Assembly: GCA_045805065.1 (NCBI GenBank)
Contig: JBJMMA010000148.1
Coordinates: forward strand, 1 to 10,760
Direction of reading: 5' to 3'
Length of the DNA stretch: 10,760 nt
DNA from: Bdellovibrionia bacterium
GTDB lineage: Bacteria > Bdellovibrionota > UBA1018
Shown here one piece after another: positions 7,373 through 10,760 of this stretch. Position 1 is the stretch's first letter; each line of letters starts with the position of its first letter. The position numbers and the translations under genes were made by a program. The notes below the pieces were generated by a model. It had not been told where the DNA came from. It worked only from the letters and a program-made list of their open reading frames with translations, and made no database searches.

Positions 7373-8578
7373 ATGCACTTCCCTAGCATCATTCAGGATC
7401 TTGCCGTCATTTTGGGCGCGGCTGCGCTTGCTTCGATTCTTTTTCAGAAGATCAAGCAGCCGGTCGTTCTTGGATATCTTCTGGCAGGCCTGGTGATCGG
7501 ACCTCATACTCCGCCCTTCTCGCTCGTTGTGGATGAACCTGGGATTCGGGTGTGGTCAGAGCTCGGTGTGATCTTTCTGATGTTCAGCCTGGGACTTGAG
7601 TTCAGTTTCAAAAAGCTGCTCTCTGTAGGCAAGACGGCGGCTTTTACAGGACCTTTTGAAGCGATCTTCATGCTCGCCCTGGGGTTTGCATCAGGTAAAC
7701 TCATCGGTCTTTCTTCAACCGACAGTATCTTTCTTGGCGCGATTCTCTCGATCTCTTCCACGACGATCATCATCAAGGCGCTGGAAGAACTGAAGATCAA
7801 AAAAGAGCGCAGCTCTCAACTCATCTTCGGGATCCTGGTGGTGGAAGACCTCGCGGGGATTTTAATCCTGGTAGCCTTATCCACTTTCGCTTCATCAGGC
7901 GGCGAAAGCGTATCCGTACCGGGCCTCCTTCTCGAAGCAGCTAAACTCATCGGAATTGTTGCAAGCTGGATTGCAATCGGATCATGGCTTCTTCCACGAC
8001 TGGCGGCTTCGGTCAGCAAGCGATTTGGAAATGAAGCGCTTGTTTTGTTCGCGCTATCGCTCTGCCTCTTTCTTGTTTCACTCTCCGCTTACTTCCACTA
8101 CTCAGTGGCGCTCGGAGCCTTTGTCATGGGCGCAATTCTGGGCGAAAGCTCAGTCGTTCACGAAATCGAAAAACTCCTCGAACCGATCCGCGATGTATTT
8201 GGCGCCATTTTCTTTGTCTCGATCGGAATGCTTCTCAATCCAGCCGACCTGCAGACTTATTGGAAAATGATTCTGCTCGTGACTGTGCTCACGATCGGTG
8301 GAAAGTTCATCAGCACTTTCATCGGCGCAAAAATCACCGGCCAGACTCGTGAAGACTCGCTCAAAGCGGGACTCAGTCTCGCGCAGATCGGCGAGTTCAG
8401 CTTCATCATCGCAGGACTCGGCGTCGACCTTGGCGTCATGAGCCGCTATCTTTACCCGGTTGCTGTTGCCACTTCGGTCATCACGACATTTACAACCCCG
8501 TATATGATCCGTTTCGCCCAGCAGATCACCACGAGCCGCGACACGGATTCAGAGCAGCGTAAACGATCGATTGCTTGA
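7373..8578 (+). CDS. Cation:proton antiporter, CPA2 (Kef/YbaL-like) family, membrane domain only
   Basis: KQPVVLGYLLAGLVIGP, ELGVIFLMFSLGLEFS, SISSTTII, GILVVED, ALGAF, FFVSIG and AQIGEFSFI motifs, with many TM segments. No C-terminal TrkA/KTN domain. Confidence 0.93.
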   Translation: MHFPSIIQDLAVILGAAALASILFQKIKQPVVLGYLLAGLVIGPHTPPFSLVVDEPGIRVWSELGVIFLMFSLGLEFSFKKLLSVGKTAAFTGPFEAIFMLALGFASGKLIGLSSTDSIFLGAILSISSTTIIIKALEELKIKKERSSQLIFGILVVEDLAGILILVALSTFASSGGESVSVPGLLLEAAKLIGIVASWIAIGSWLLPRLAASVSKRFGNEALVLFALSLCLFLVSLSAYFHYSVALGAFVMGAILGESSVVHEIEKLLEPIRDVFGAIFFVSIGMLLNPADLQTYWKMILLVTVLTIGGKFISTFIGAKITGQTREDSLKAGLSLAQIGEFSFIIAGLGVDLGVMSRYLYPVAVATSVITTFTTPYMIRFAQQITTSRDTDSEQRKRSIA

Positions 8579-10760
8579 TCAAGGGCCGGATGATTGACAA
8601 CGCTTGAGCGCCACGAAAGCATCGCCGCCGCGTGAGATCTCATTGAGCACGCAATCAGTTTGTGGACTCTTCATCCAGCTCAGGGTGGAAAAGACGTCGT
8701 TGTTCCATCGCAGCTTCTTCTCTCGCACATAAGTCGCAATTTTACCAAGTGCCGCGGATTGGCGCGCATCATTCACTTGAGAGCAAAAATTCAAGACGGA
8801 GCTGTGAGACGGATTGAGATAATCCGAGGCAACGACCTTATCAATACAATCGACGGCCAGCTTGTCGCGCAGACCCGAAATCCCCGTCAGAGCACCATCG
8901 CTCCACTGCAAATTTTTATCGCGCACGTAAGAAACAATTTTGCTGAGTGCCGCTATCTGGTTCGCATTTTCCACTCCGCTGCAAAAATTCAAAACGGAGG
9001 AGTGAGCCGGATTGAAGTAGTTCGCGGCAATGACTTTATCGATGCATTCGAAAGCCAGATTGTCGTTCAGATACAATACGCCGCCAAAAGCGTCATTGTT
9101 CCACTGCAGCCTATTATCGCGCACATAGGTCGCGATCTTCTTGAGAGCATCCGATTGCGCAAAATTCTTCACATTACTGCAGAAATTCAAAACGGAGTTA
9201 TGAGATGGGTTGAAGTACTTCGCAGCAATGACTCTATCCACACAGTCAAAAGACGCATTATCGGTCAGATACAACACGCCGCCAAACGCATCGTTGTTCC
9301 ATTGCAGCCTATTATCCCGAACGTAAGCAGCAATTTTACTGAGAGCATCGGATTGGTTGATGTTCTTCACCTGAGTACAAAAATTTAAAACCGAGCTTTG
9401 AGACGGATTGAGATAATCGGCCGCAATGACTTTATTGATACAGTCAAGGGACAGCTTGTCGCGCACGGATAAAATCCCATTCAGAGCATCATCGCTCCAC
9501 TGCAGATTCCTATCGCGCACGTAGCCTGCCACTTTGGCAAGTGCTTCTACCTGGTCCGCATTTTCGACCGCGCTGCAGAAATTTAAAACGGAGGAATGAG
9601 TCGGATTGAAATAGTTCATGCCGACGACTTGATCGACGCAATTGAGTGATTGATTATCTTGTATCATCGACAACCTCTGCAAGGTGTCCTCACTCCAGCG
9701 CAACCGCTTATCTCGCACATCTGCCGAAATTTTACTCAGAGTACTGGATTGATGAATGTTTTTCACGTCGCTGCAGAAACGCAATACTGAGGTCTGAGAC
9801 GGATTGAGAAAATCGGTGTCGATGATTTGATTGACGCAGTCGAAAGACACATTGTCCGTTATCGATGAAATCCAGGCTAAGGCGTCATTGCTCCAAGACC
9901 ACTGCTTGGTCCGCACTTTGTTCACAATCTTTTTGAGGAGATCGATCTGAGCCGGAGTCGGATCCCGGTCACAGAAATTTTCAGCAGAGGATCCTTGAAG
10001 ACCAACCGATTTAAGAGCGCTCAAGCATGGACTTACAGCCGCTGGAGTCGCACCATTTGCCGAAGCATCCTGAGCTTGGGTCGAACTCTGCGCTGTGGGC
10101 TGCGAGGGGGTTTGCTTTGATTTTGAAGTGAGCTTTTCCAAAAGGATAAAAAGCGATCCTCCTCCCAGAACAGCCAAGGATAGTCTATCCGGAGGACGTC
10201 TTGAGGAGCCTACGACTGCTGGCGCTACTCCCACCTGAGTCAGATGCTGAGTCACGCAAACCGCAGGCGAATACTCGCGCGTTTCCTGACGGGCTTTGAG
10301 CCTGGAGCCATTCAGCCAAAGAACGCCATCTTGATCTCCAAACCGGACAAAATCTTTTCCCTCAACCGCATTCGGATCAACATCAAACACGATGGGCAAG
10401 CCACGTCCATTGCTGTAGGCACCTGCATTTGTTCCCTTGGCCGTATAGAATCCGCGCCCAAATACGGCAGTTTCGCCAGGATGGTCTTTTCTCGAAATAA
10501 ATGCCCGAGGCAGAGAATCATACCGCCAGGAAATCAGACGATGCGCAAAGTCATTCGTCTCATGCGCGACTTGCTTGATACCGAGCTTTTCTGCGGTCAG
10601 GGCTCCATCGGGAGCTTGTCCTTCCGGCTTCACCGGGAGTGGATATTTATTGAGCCACGAGGATAGAGTTCCCACCTCATTGGCGCTTCCGCCGATCTGC
10701 ATGAGCTTATGACGAAGTCCGAGCTGATTGAGGATCCGAAGTGCCTCATTGGGATCATAA
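8579..10760 (-). CDS. Large multidomain protein (5'-truncated) with an ART-like segment, a hydrophobic segment and C-terminal 66-aa tandem repeats
   Basis: The frame stays open upstream of ATG 10702 to the window edge (YDPNEALRILNQLGLRHKLM), so the true start is probably outside the window. VAHET...FGRGFYTA motif, AVLGGGSLFILL segment, S/Q/T/A-rich linker, then the repeats. Confidence 0.8.
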   Translation of the reverse strand, partial: YDPNEALRILNQLGLRHKLMQIGGSANEVGTLSSWLNKYPLPVKPEGQAPDGALTAEKLGIKQVAHETNDFAHRLISWRYDSLPRAFISRKDHPGETAVFGRGFYTAKGTNAGAYSNGRGLPIVFDVDPNAVEGKDFVRFGDQDGVLWLNGSRLKARQETREYSPAVCVTQHLTQVGVAPAVVGSSRRPPDRLSLAVLGGGSLFILLEKLTSKSKQTPSQPTAQSSTQAQDASANGATPAAVSPCLSALKSVGLQGSSAENFCDRDPTPAQIDLLKKIVNKVRTKQWSWSNDALAWISSITDNVSFDCVNQIIDTDFLNPSQTSVLRFCSDVKNIHQSSTLSKISADVRDKRLRWSEDTLQRLSMIQDNQSLNCVDQVVGMNYFNPTHSSVLNFCSAVENADQVEALAKVAGYVRDRNLQWSDDALNGILSVRDKLSLDCINKVIAADYLNPSQSSVLNFCTQVKNINQSDALSKIAAYVRDNRLQWNNDAFGGVLYLTDNASFDCVDRVIAAKYFNPSHNSVLNFCSNVKNFAQSDALKKIATYVRDNRLQWNNDAFGGVLYLNDNLAFECIDKVIAANYFNPAHSSVLNFCSGVENANQIAALSKIVSYVRDKNLQWSDGALTGISGLRDKLAVDCIDKVVASDYLNPSHSSVLNFCSQVNDARQSAALGKIATYVREKKLRWNNDVFSTLSWMKSPQTDCVLNEISRGGDAFVALKRCQSSGP
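8582..9946 (-). repeat. Six full and one partial 198-bp (66-aa) coding tandem repeats
   Basis: Consensus xxALxKIAxYVRDxxLQWxxDAxxxxxxxxDxxxxDCxxxVIAxxYxNPSHSSVLNFCSxVxNxxQ. The DNA motif TGCAGCCTATTATC recurs at 9105 and 9303, 198 nt apart. Confidence 0.95.

Noticed and set aside
8660..9388. 242-aa plus-strand repetitive ORF
   Set aside because: Antisense shadow of the 66-aa repeat gene.

Overview
Bacterial chromosomal window, about 50% GC. The Cys-rich secreted orphan proteins suggest a Bdellovibrionota/Oligoflexia-like host, but this is inference only. From left to right: the 5' end of a divergent response regulator; a three-gene cluster of exported proteins (NlpC/P60-like Cys-His hydrolase, small Cys-rich partner, large protein with a lysozyme/lytic-transglycosylase-like motif); a PhnP-like MBL hydrolase; alanine dehydrogenase with its terminator; a stand-alone fliL with a Gly-Glu-His insert; a CPA2 cation:proton antiporter; and a convergent, 5'-truncated large protein with an ADP-ribosyltransferase-like segment and six-plus 66-aa Cys repeats. 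The most unusual signal is non-coding. Three long hairpin elements flank fliL (about 5955-6091, 6169-6379 and 7120-7355). Each has perfect 29-38 bp arms with unrelated sequences, capped by a structurally conserved ~55-60 nt module of two small stem-loops displaying A(N)GGA loops, the CsrA/RsmA-type motif.
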